From Candidatus Daviesbacteria bacterium RIFCSPLOWO2_01_FULL_39_23 (GTDB lineage: Bacteria; Patescibacteriota; Microgenomatia; Daviesbacterales; UBA10151): a DNA stretch of 64,000 bases. The notes beneath the pieces are model-generated. The model worked only from the letters and a program-made list of their open reading frames with translations, ran no database searches and had not been told where the DNA came from. Shown here one piece after another: positions 29,101-37,077 of the stretch. Every line of letters begins with the position of its first letter. Within the stretch, counting starts at the first letter, position 1. A program made the position numbers and the translations under genes. The stretch is from assembly GCA_001776935.1 (NCBI GenBank), contig MFDN01000014.1, forward strand, positions 1,464 to 65,463. Reading direction: 5' to 3'.

Positions 29101-29199
29101 TTTGGTAGCTAAAATAGCTGTTGGAGAGGCAGGAGTGGTTTGTAATTCAGGGCTTTTGGTTGGATCTTTAGGCGGTTCAGGCTCAACAGTTGTAGGCAT
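26152..29199 (-). CDS. Very large hypothetical cytoplasmic protein with coiled-coil regions (no recognised domain)
   Basis: 1015 aa. The N-terminal region is Pro/Thr-rich, and Q/E/K-rich coiled segments span aa 120-200. No TM segment and no NTPase motifs. Confidence 0.55.
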   Translation of the reverse strand: MPTTVEPEPPKDPTKSPELQTTPASPTAILATKLNSLRARTSQYVENAPALINNLTVTPPEPDSEIKTSPQNLQDLLEDLQKIPPGSAAEYLARSSIALQCILQLKAQTAQEKSAIEREYQRLTENAQEVAAQHQEVDQIRGLRRFFTRRKRKELSAQKDSLDAQAAEAASQLEQKQKAINGIEGNQNELTQKREATILEEIKQEFSAISEGYKEMADEIITDGTLPADFAKTYILKVILPKLRKIPKEHPFIWADQRKYYTVLRDYITSPTKQNKAGQTPVDRLKKLLEADIDDAGSFTIADFKISCQPLLEDMNKTLVAELLNNMAVRDIYLLSSAIETHLTEGSGNFHQGLLKYIKISNLRHNRTYGSNSGFIGHIKFWEEIYSEIRYPSSSKMAFWQAAKTSEAAAQVLGDAVSEQDNLFYSLALKDSLKDDQGHVVYFIAEYPHPSTIRNLVLIAAAANTSHGVDAAIGALNLLNKKPDWSSILDQAETVYPSLKSAREVLTRKIPEGLQQWGIRSKFREAATNLALSIINEPGVDPALKEMATDSLTITPLLGLLEENGVITEAESKVFEQAAKISGAYFLNSLREKLLLCFKSVSGQLERPAHTVGWSDAGHMIDEWGPSLEQCRLEKEAAEAKNIIQNRFYKLAQKIIQNQHNKGVIIYLTDGKLISRIGESSFDANLLEPLLTAWQICPALTTDLSLLHQLLYQFQGEQTSHFFQDMVVSYRDFDKTIIFKMLNLVDRGKLTKARALELSSKAGPVFKNPNFSLAESYPEIFLETDEGLEIFTEAEEKGFFNLNLTQDAELGKSLGRLGKIDKRMLKNFCQATLFKQQESLKQMLDQETVTINGQNWMPLLMAYIEIMNNPYHHLLSNTAQKEKLIALFGEPKTRDFCLNQFRSIWEKYLKSGGVEIMPFSLLAVPGIISLYGDAGPLSQLESLSNFILSLHDSFARDTTAQRTKSEVFHGIYIMEEKFAKEKWSNEDRTDFYNISRDILIAAPSLFSDYLAVLQS

Positions 29200-29207
29200 G
29201 ATTAGTA

Positions 29208-29270
29208 TCAGTATATACCCCTTTAAAAGTTTTGCAAAATAGGGTAAAATGGAACCTCATTTTTCGGGAA
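29208..29270 (+). repeat. About 65-bp conserved promoter-like element, copy 2, upstream of uvrA
   Basis: See copy 1. The uvrA ATG lies about 50 nt downstream. Confidence 0.6.
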
Positions 29271-29318
29271 TCCTTCGACTCCCCTTCGGCTTCGCTCAGG
29301 GTCGCTCAGGATAAAAGT

Positions 29319-32261
29319 ATGGCTATAGACAAGATAATAATCAAAGGTGCCCGTGAGCACAATCTAAAAAATATAGATTTGGAAATTCCTAAAAACAAAC
29401 TGGTGGTTTTAACCGGCATTTCCGGCTCCGGCAAATCTTCTTTGGCTTTTGATACTTTATATGCAGAAGGCCAAAGGAGATACGTGGAATCCCTTTCTTC
29501 TTACGCCCGGCAGTTTTTAGGGGTAATGGATAAGCCTGATGTGGATCTTATCGAAGGGCTTTCCCCGGCCATTTCCATTGATCAAAAAGGTGTTTCGCAC
29601 AATCCGCGTTCCACTGTTGGTACCACCACTGAAATTTATGATTATTTAAGACTCTTGTTTGCCCGCATCGGCCATCCGCATTGCCCTGTTTGCGGAGCAG
29701 AAGTCTCCAAAATGAGCGTGGAGCAGATAGCAGAAAAAGTGACAAGTGATAAGCAACAAGTTACAAGTAAAGGAAGGAGGATAATGGTTTTGGCGCCTGT
29801 TGTAAAAGACCGGAAAGGGGAATACAGTCAGCTTTTTGAAGACTTAAAGAAAAAAGGATTTTCAAAAGCCCGGATTGACGGTCATATAAGGGATTTATCC
29901 GAGGATTTAGTTTTAATTAAAACTAACAAACATACGATTGACTTGGTTGTAGACCGGCTGGTCTTAGAGTCAGAAGTCAAGAGTCAAAAGTCAAGTGAGG
30001 CAAATTCTAGACTCTCGACTCTAGCTACTAGACTCTTGCAGAGTATTGAGACAGCGCTAAAATTTGGCGAGGGATCTGTAATTATTTCTGAAGTTTTGGA
30101 TGCGTCTTTGGAGTTTCCGCAAAACCCGAAAAAAATGAAAGATCACCTGTACTCTGAAAGATTTGCCTGCCCGGTAGACAATATATCTTTGCCGGAAATT
30201 GAACCAAGGCTGCTTTCTTTTAATTCTCCCCATGGTGCCTGTCCTAAATGTTCAGGTTTAGGCACACTTCTTGAGATAGACGAAACCACTATTTTAAACC
30301 CGATTCTTTCCATTGAAGAAGGCGGGATACTTCCCTGGTCAAAGCTGGCAACATCTGATACCTGGTTTACCAAGCTTGTAACTGCAGTGGGTAAAGAATA
30401 CGGGTTCGACCTTAGTACAAGGCTTGGGAGTTTGACGCCTGAGGCTAAGCAAATCCTGCTTTTTGGTTCAGGCGACAAGGAATTTAAAGTGGAAGGAAGA
30501 AACAGACAGGGTAAATGGACGCACTTTTATTCTGAATTTTCCGGACTTGTCGCCTACCTTAAGCAAAGGTATGAAACTTCTGAATCAGACTTTGTCAAAG
30601 CGGAGATAGAAAAATATATGTATAAGGAAACTTGCCCCAAATGTAAGGGCGCAAGGCTGAAAGATGAGGCTTTATCAATCACAATAGACAGTTTAAATAT
30701 TGCAGAAGTAACCGGACAGTCAATAGTGCAGACCCTTGAATGGATAAAATCAATTCAAATCAATGGTCGGGAAGCGCAAATTGCCACCCCTGTTGTGAAA
30801 GAGATTAAGGCCAGACTGCAATTTCTGATAGATGTCGGTCTGGATTATCTGACTTTGGACCGGGCTGCGCAAACTTTGGCAGGAGGAGAAAGCCAGCGGA
30901 TCAGGCTTGCCTCACAAATTGGCTCAGGTTTATCAGGTGTTTTATATGTTTTGGATGAGCCATCAATAGGTTTACACCAGCGCGATAACGCGCGTCTTAT
31001 ACAAACACTTAAAAAATTACGGGATTTAGGCAATACGGTGGTGGTTAATGAACACGACGCTGAGACAATGGAAGCTGCGGACCTTTTGATAGAAATCGGT
31101 CCGGGAGCAGGCGAGCACGGCGGCAACATAGTGGCTATAGGTACGCCTGATCAGATCAAAAAAAACGCAGCATCTTTAACAGGCCAATATCTTTCCGGTA
31201 AAAAAAGAGTGACTGTTCTCAGTCACCCCAAAGATGCCCCAGAGCGACAGGCGAAGGATCTTATTAATGGTAAATTTCTTAAGATTAAGGGAGCCAGTGA
31301 GCATAACTTAAAAAATATCAATGCAGAATTTCCTTTGGGTAAATTTATTGCTGTCACAGGCGTTTCAGGATCGGGAAAGTCAACGCTAATTCATGACATT
31401 TTGTACCGGGCTCTGGCGCAAAAAATATACCGCTCCCGCGAAAAGGCAGGGGCTTATAAAGAAATGGAAGGCGTAGAAAATATCGACAAAGTGGTGCTTG
31501 TGGATCAATCTCCTATTGGCCGGACTCCCCGATCTAATCCTGCCACCTATACCGGCGCTTTTACATTCATAAGGGATCTTTTTGCCAATTCTCCCGAAGC
31601 AAAAATAAGGGGATATGGACCGGGCAGATTTTCTTTCAATGTTAAAGGAGGACGGTGCGAGGTTTGTGAAGGGGAAGGAACTTTAAAGATTGAAATGCAG
31701 TTTTTGCCTGATGTATATGTGACTTGTGAGGCCTGCAATGGTAAAAGATACAACAGGGAAGCGCTTGAAATTCATTTTAAAGAAAAAACAATTGCAGATG
31801 TTTTGGATATGACAGTTGAGGAGGCTTTAAAGTTTTTTGAAAATATTCCTTATATAAAAAATAAACTGCAGGTTCTAAATGATGTAGGTCTTGGTTATAT
31901 CAGGCTGGGCCAGCCTGCGCCCACTTTATCCGGCGGAGAAGCTCAAAGGATCAAACTTTCATCTGAATTATCCAAACGGCCCACAGGACATACCATGTAT
32001 ATTTTGGATGAGCCCACCACGGGTTTACACTTTGCAGATATAGAAAGACTGCTGGCAATCCTTAGAAAACTTGTAAATTTTGGTAACACCGTGATAATCA
32101 TTGAACATAATCTGGATGTTATCAGGAATACTGACTGGATTTTGGACTTGGGACCGGAAGGCGGCGATAAAGGCGGAAAAATAGTTGCTGAAGGCACGCC
32201 TGAAAATATCGCCAAGCTTAAAGCTTCCCACACCGGTCAGTATCTGGCAAAGATAACATGA
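29319..32261 (+). CDS. uvrA: Excinuclease ABC subunit A
   Basis: Two ABC ATPase modules ([14 protein letters not shown] and [13 protein letters not shown]), a zinc-finger (CPVCG) and signature LSGGE motifs are present. The ORF track begins at 29232, but the conserved N-terminus [19 protein letters not shown] starts at 29319. Confidence 0.95.
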   Translation: MAIDKIIIKGAREHNLKNIDLEIPKNKLVVLTGISGSGKSSLAFDTLYAEGQRRYVESLSSYARQFLGVMDKPDVDLIEGLSPAISIDQKGVSHNPRSTVGTTTEIYDYLRLLFARIGHPHCPVCGAEVSKMSVEQIAEKVTSDKQQVTSKGRRIMVLAPVVKDRKGEYSQLFEDLKKKGFSKARIDGHIRDLSEDLVLIKTNKHTIDLVVDRLVLESEVKSQKSSEANSRLSTLATRLLQSIETALKFGEGSVIISEVLDASLEFPQNPKKMKDHLYSERFACPVDNISLPEIEPRLLSFNSPHGACPKCSGLGTLLEIDETTILNPILSIEEGGILPWSKLATSDTWFTKLVTAVGKEYGFDLSTRLGSLTPEAKQILLFGSGDKEFKVEGRNRQGKWTHFYSEFSGLVAYLKQRYETSESDFVKAEIEKYMYKETCPKCKGARLKDEALSITIDSLNIAEVTGQSIVQTLEWIKSIQINGREAQIATPVVKEIKARLQFLIDVGLDYLTLDRAAQTLAGGESQRIRLASQIGSGLSGVLYVLDEPSIGLHQRDNARLIQTLKKLRDLGNTVVVNEHDAETMEAADLLIEIGPGAGEHGGNIVAIGTPDQIKKNAASLTGQYLSGKKRVTVLSHPKDAPERQAKDLINGKFLKIKGASEHNLKNINAEFPLGKFIAVTGVSGSGKSTLIHDILYRALAQKIYRSREKAGAYKEMEGVENIDKVVLVDQSPIGRTPRSNPATYTGAFTFIRDLFANSPEAKIRGYGPGRFSFNVKGGRCEVCEGEGTLKIEMQFLPDVYVTCEACNGKRYNREALEIHFKEKTIADVLDMTVEEALKFFENIPYIKNKLQVLNDVGLGYIRLGQPAPTLSGGEAQRIKLSSELSKRPTGHTMYILDEPTTGLHFADIERLLAILRKLVNFGNTVIIIEHNLDVIRNTDWILDLGPEGGDKGGKIVAEGTPENIAKLKASHTGQYLAKIT

Positions 32262-32292
32262 CAGCGGGAAGCCAAACTGCTAAAATTAAACA

Positions 32293-34251
32293 ATGTTTAG
32301 AAAAACGCTGGTAGTTTTACCCCATTTTTTGAGATACGTGATACGTGATACGAAATATGTTATTTTTATACTGTTTTTACTTATCACTTGTCACTTATCA
32401 CTTATCCCTCCTGTGTTTGCTGCAGAGGAATTTGCAACCTCCTATGATGTGTTATACGACATAGGTGAGGACGGCATTGCTACTATTACTGAAAAAGTTA
32501 ATCTGCGTAATTTAACCTCTGAATATTATGCCAATCAATTTAAGCTGACTATCGGCGCCACTCAGATTTCCGATATTAAGGCTTCGGATGCAGGCGGCAG
32601 CTTGGAAATTGCAAGCGAGCAAAAAGAAAATCTGACTACAATCAGCGTTAAATTCAATCAGCAGGTGGCAGGTCTTGGGAAAAATTTACCCTGGACTATT
32701 TCATTTAAATCTAAAGATTTCGCTGAAAAAGTCGGCAAGATTTGGGAGGTTAGGGCGCCCCGGATTTCGCCCACTTCCAACCCGGAAAGTTATAACTTAA
32801 CATTGTCTGTTCCCAAAATCTTTGGTGATCCTTCGCAAATTTCCCCAACCCCGAAAAGCCAGACAGTTTCAGGAAATAAACTATTTTTAACATTTGATAT
32901 GGAGCAACTGAAGTCTTCCGGAGTATCCGCCACTTTCGGCCAGAACCAGCTTTTTGACTTTGATCTTACTTATCATTTGGAAAATAATAATCTGGTGCCT
33001 GTCCGCACTAATATTGCCCTGCCTCCTGACACTTCTTTTCAGGATGTTATTTATCAAAGGATAGAACCTAAACCGCTGAATGTCACTCTGGATAATGACG
33101 GTAACTATTTAGCCTGGTTCCGTTTGGAAAGAGGTCAAAAAATGGATGTTAAAGTTTTTGGATCTGCAAAGCTTTATTCAAGTTCCAAAGTTAAAAATCC
33201 CTTTTTAGAAGAAAGCTTAAGAAATAAATATACTTCTGCGGATAAATATTGGGAAAAAGATAATCCGCAAATTATCAGTAAAGTAAATGAGATTTTGGGT
33301 AAAAATCCTCCTCCGGATAACGGGGAAAAGGCGAAACTTATTTTCCGTTTTGTAGTAAACTTTTTGAAATATGATTCCTCGCGGCTTGAGGGCAACATAG
33401 AAAGATTCGGAGCAGTTACTGCGTTAAATAATCCGGATACTGCCGTATGCATGGAGTTTACAGACCTTTTTATAGCGCTTGCAAGAGCCGCCGGCATTCC
33501 TGCGCGTGAATTAAACGGATACGCCTACAGCGCCAATAATGCTTTGCGCCCGCTTTCTTTAACAAAAGATATCCTCCATTCCTGGCCGGAATATTGGAAC
33601 GCAAGCCGCGGATGGGTGATGGTGGATCCAACCTGGGAAAATACCACGGGTGGAGCGGATTATTTCAGCAAGTTGGACCTTAATCATTTTGCCTTTGTGG
33701 TAAAAGGTTCGTCTTCATCCGAACCGATTCCTGCCGGGTCTTATAAATATACGGGTCAGGAAGATACGCGGGATGTTAAAGTTTCTCTGTCTGATACGGA
33801 CTTTTTGGGGCATCCTCAGATTGATGTTGTTTTAGAGTCCCTCAATCCGGTTATTTCCGGTTTTCCCGGCAAGCTGGTTATTAAGGTTACAAATACCGGC
33901 AATTCTTTTTTTCCTTCCGATTCCCTGACAATAAACTCGAACAAACTGACAATCCAAAACTCCAAAACCCAAAAGTTGGGTATAATTCCCCCTTTTGGAA
34001 GTTCGGTATTTGAATTTAATGTCAGGACAAAATCCTTATTTGATTCTTTTACAGATCAAATGACAATTGCCATAGGCAATCAAAAATTTACACAGGAAGT
34101 GAAGGTAGCTCCTTTTATTTTATTTCAAACAGTTCCGCTGATTATTTCTGCAGTTGCCGCTTTTATGGTTTTGGTGTATGCGGTGATTTTAGGTGTCTTC
34201 ATTTACCGGAAGCGGATTCTTAAAGCAAAGCTTCAAGCCGGTAAATCATGA
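32293..34251 (+). CDS. Transglutaminase-like domain membrane protein
   Basis: A signal/TM segment is followed by a core VCMEFTDLFIALARAAGIPARELNGYAY...SWPEYW...GWVMVDP (Cys-His-Asp transglutaminase-like triad context) and a C-terminal TM helix. Its stop overlaps uvrC by 4 bp. Confidence 0.7.
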   Translation: MFRKTLVVLPHFLRYVIRDTKYVIFILFLLITCHLSLIPPVFAAEEFATSYDVLYDIGEDGIATITEKVNLRNLTSEYYANQFKLTIGATQISDIKASDAGGSLEIASEQKENLTTISVKFNQQVAGLGKNLPWTISFKSKDFAEKVGKIWEVRAPRISPTSNPESYNLTLSVPKIFGDPSQISPTPKSQTVSGNKLFLTFDMEQLKSSGVSATFGQNQLFDFDLTYHLENNNLVPVRTNIALPPDTSFQDVIYQRIEPKPLNVTLDNDGNYLAWFRLERGQKMDVKVFGSAKLYSSSKVKNPFLEESLRNKYTSADKYWEKDNPQIISKVNEILGKNPPPDNGEKAKLIFRFVVNFLKYDSSRLEGNIERFGAVTALNNPDTAVCMEFTDLFIALARAAGIPARELNGYAYSANNALRPLSLTKDILHSWPEYWNASRGWVMVDPTWENTTGGADYFSKLDLNHFAFVVKGSSSSEPIPAGSYKYTGQEDTRDVKVSLSDTDFLGHPQIDVVLESLNPVISGFPGKLVIKVTNTGNSFFPSDSLTINSNKLTIQNSKTQKLGIIPPFGSSVFEFNVRTKSLFDSFTDQMTIAIGNQKFTQEVKVAPFILFQTVPLIISAVAAFMVLVYAVILGVFIYRKRILKAKLQAGKS

Positions 34252-35558
34252 TCCCCTCATTTGTAGAAAAAACCCGGGTTCCAAAAAAACCCGGCGTCTA
34301 TATTTTTAAGGATAAAACAGGCAGGGTTTTATATGTCGGAAAAGCAATAAACCTGTACAACCGCGTATCCTCATATTTTTCCCACGTTAAATCAGGCAAA
34401 ATATCCTCACTTGTGGATCAAATCAGTGCCGCAGAAACTATAACTTGCGAATCCGAACTTGAGGCTTTGATTTTAGAAGCCAATTTCATTAAAAAATATT
34501 TACCTCCTTTTAATGTCAGACTGGTGGATGATAAGGATTACTTATATATAGTCATAACTAAAGAAGATTTTCCCAAAGTTATTACAGCCAGAAAAAAGGA
34601 ACTTGAAGGTGCGGAAAAATACTGGGGGCCTTTCCCTTCTGCCCGGACAGTTAGGGATACATTAAAATCTTTACGCAGAATCTTTCCCTGGTGTAGTCAA
34701 AAAAAGCTCTTTGCTGTTAGCCGTTCGCTATTGGCAGCTAATAGCCAAAAGCTAATAGCCAATAGCTATAAACCTTGTTTTTACTATCACTTAGGTTTGT
34801 GTCCGCCGGGTGCATGTATGGGGTTAATTTCCGAAAAAGACTATAACAGGATTATTAGCAGATTTTCTAAATTTATGGACGGCAAAAAAGAACAGCTGTT
34901 GTCTGATCTTACAAAAGAAATGATGCAGGCCTCAGGTAAGCAAAAGTTTGAAGATGCAGCGAGGATCAAAAAGACTATTAACGGGATTTTGTATATGACC
35001 CAGCCCCAAAGGACCAACCTTTATTTGGAAAACCGGAATTTTTTGGAAGAAGAAAGGGAGCTTGCTTTAAAAACTCTGCAAAAGGATTTAAATTTAAAAA
35101 CTTTGCCGCAAAGGATAGAAGGATATGATATTTCCAATATCTCAGGCAAAGAGGCCACAGGTTCTTTGGTTGTTTTAACAAACGGGGAGATTGATAAATC
35201 CCAATACAGAAAATTTAAGATTCATATTACCGGCAGACCTAATGATGTAGGTATGCATAAAGAGATGCTGATAAGACGCTTAAACCATCCCGAGTGGCCT
35301 ATGCCCGATTTAATTATTGTTGACGGCGGCAGGAGTCAGGCAAAAGCTATGCAAAGCATACTACATACTACCAGCTACATAATACCAATTTTTGGCCTTG
35401 CAAAAAGGATGGAGTGGTTATACCCGCCTGAGGGAGAGATAATAAAACTTCCAAAAAGAAGCCTTTCCTTGAAGCTCCTGCAAAAATTACGGGATGAATC
35501 ACACAGATTTGCCTTGAGCTATCACAGAAAACTTCGTGATAAGATAATGATAGGATGA
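34248..35558 (+). CDS. uvrC: Excinuclease ABC subunit C (short form lacking the C-terminal HhH domain)
   Basis: GIY-YIG N-terminus (GVYIFKDKTGRVLYVGKAINLYNRVSSYF), a Cys-rich region, and the endonuclease region ending ESHRFALSYHRKLRDK. Length is 436 aa, against about 600 for typical UvrC. Confidence 0.85.
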   Translation: MIPSFVEKTRVPKKPGVYIFKDKTGRVLYVGKAINLYNRVSSYFSHVKSGKISSLVDQISAAETITCESELEALILEANFIKKYLPPFNVRLVDDKDYLYIVITKEDFPKVITARKKELEGAEKYWGPFPSARTVRDTLKSLRRIFPWCSQKKLFAVSRSLLAANSQKLIANSYKPCFYYHLGLCPPGACMGLISEKDYNRIISRFSKFMDGKKEQLLSDLTKEMMQASGKQKFEDAARIKKTINGILYMTQPQRTNLYLENRNFLEEERELALKTLQKDLNLKTLPQRIEGYDISNISGKEATGSLVVLTNGEIDKSQYRKFKIHITGRPNDVGMHKEMLIRRLNHPEWPMPDLIIVDGGRSQAKAMQSILHTTSYIIPIFGLAKRMEWLYPPEGEIIKLPKRSLSLKLLQKLRDESHRFALSYHRKLRDKIMIG

Positions 35559-35956
35559 AAACTGTCCTCCGCTATTTTTTAATAAACCTTGTCTCTCTTT
35601 TTGCCACCACTAAAATTATTCCGGGTTTAGCATACAGTGGAGGAGTAAAAAGTCTCTTTTTGGGGGCGGTGGCATTTATGCTGATAAATTTAATTCTGGT
35701 TCCGCTCATCAAAATCCTCTTTCTGCCGCTTAATCTTTTAACCCTGGGAATTTTTGCCTGGCTTACTAATGTGATAGCGCTTTATGCTTTAACAACCATT
35801 GTGTCTGATTTTCAACTTCTGCCATTTTCTTTTAGTGGAGCAAACCTGAGCGGAATAGTGATTCCGCCGCAGGAGCTCTCACCCTTTTTAGTGGCAATTG
35901 TTGCTTCATTTTTGATCGGCATGATAACTCATTTTTTACAGTGGTTAAGCCACTGA
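35555..35956 (+). CDS. DUF360 / phage-holin-4_2 family membrane protein
   Basis: 133 aa with 4 TM helices. The motif LPLNLLTLGIFAWLTNVIALYALT is typical of the PF04020 family. It overlaps uvrC by 4 bp. Confidence 0.5.
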   Translation: MKTVLRYFLINLVSLFATTKIIPGLAYSGGVKSLFLGAVAFMLINLILVPLIKILFLPLNLLTLGIFAWLTNVIALYALTTIVSDFQLLPFSFSGANLSGIVIPPQELSPFLVAIVASFLIGMITHFLQWLSH

Positions 35957-35971
35957 AAACCCCATAGCAAT

Positions 35972-36838
35972 TTGACTTTTATACTTTACTATCATATGAT
36001 ATTAGGAATGGTTAAATTTTTCATTGGCGGATTTTTTGTCCTTTTTTCTTCAGTACTCCTTAGTACTCCTGTTTTAGCCGGAGGACAACTGGTTAATCTT
36101 GTAGCAGATAGCAATGGTTATGTTAGTGAAGATAACTACGGCCGGATCATGAGAGTCTTCCTTAATTCCGGGCCCGGCGGGTTTCCCTGTAAAGGTGCAG
36201 AAATTACTTTTAAATTCGTAGATCCTAAAGATGGGGATTATATCAACACCGGTTCAGGTGGTCCAACTTTTGTGATGCAGGATGATCCTCAGCCATTCTA
36301 TAGAAATGGAGTCAGGATAGGTAGTATTTGTGGTACTTATGCGAAAATGTCCTCAAAAATTTTTGGAGAGAGAATGGTTACTGTTGCTGTTAAAAATGGT
36401 GATCGGGTTTGGCCTGCCTCTGATGCACCGGTAATTAAGGTGCATTTTGACGGAAAATATCATGGTGATAATGCTTATGATAATCAAAACTACAGGAGTT
36501 CTTTTGAAAACTATGGTTGGTATGGGGATCTTTCAGTGCTATCTTCTCCCAGCACTACATCTATGCCGGCAGCATCAGTCACTCCTGTCAGATCCGCCTT
36601 TCCTGTTGCAACTGTAGTTCCTGTTCCCGTACAGCCAATAATTTCAAAGCCGCCTGTCATCAAAGGTATAGAGCCGATAAAAGTAGTAGTTGATACTAGT
36701 GCTTCTGCAGCCTTGCAGCAGAAAATAGAGGATTTAGAAAGAAAACTTGAACAATCTCAACAAAAGCAGTCACTTTTAGAAAGCAGGATTAACCAGCTTG
36801 TTTCCTGGATTAAATCAATTTTCCCCTTCTTTAAGTAA
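35972..36838 (+). CDS. Secreted hypothetical protein with a C-terminal coiled-coil
   Basis: A signal peptide is present, and the C-terminus reads QQKIEDLERKLEQSQQKQSLLESRINQL. Confidence 0.45.
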   Translation: MTFILYYHMILGMVKFFIGGFFVLFSSVLLSTPVLAGGQLVNLVADSNGYVSEDNYGRIMRVFLNSGPGGFPCKGAEITFKFVDPKDGDYINTGSGGPTFVMQDDPQPFYRNGVRIGSICGTYAKMSSKIFGERMVTVAVKNGDRVWPASDAPVIKVHFDGKYHGDNAYDNQNYRSSFENYGWYGDLSVLSSPSTTSMPAASVTPVRSAFPVATVVPVPVQPIISKPPVIKGIEPIKVVVDTSASAALQQKIEDLERKLEQSQQKQSLLESRINQLVSWIKSIFPFFK

Positions 36839-36861
36839 TATTCCTGTTGTATAATAGATTG

Positions 36862-37077
36862 ATGCAGGCAGTAGTTTCTTTAATTCAAATAATATTGGCA
36901 ATTCTTTTAATTATTGTGATCATTATCCAGCAAAAAGGCTCCGGGTTGGGCGCTTCCTTCGGAGGAGATATGTCTTTTTACCGGACTAAAAGAGGAGCAG
37001 AGAAACTTCTTTTTTACGCCACCATAGGCATTGCCGGCGGTTTTATCCTCTCCTCGCTTATAGGATTAATGCTTTGA
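36862..37077 (+). CDS. secG: Preprotein translocase subunit SecG
   Basis: MQAVVSLIQIILAILLIIVIIIQQKGSGLGASFGG is the SecG signature. The ORF track starts at a TTG at 36847. The ATG at 36862 lies 7 nt after a TATAAT, which suggests a leaderless transcript. Confidence 0.8.
   Translation: MQAVVSLIQIILAILLIIVIIIQQKGSGLGASFGGDMSFYRTKRGAEKLLFYATIGIAGGFILSSLIGLML

Noticed and set aside
29232-29318. Upstream extension of uvrA from the ORF-track start at 29232
   Set aside because: The translated extension ([29 protein letters not shown]) covers the conserved repeat/promoter element. Conserved UvrA begins at MAIDKIII (29319).
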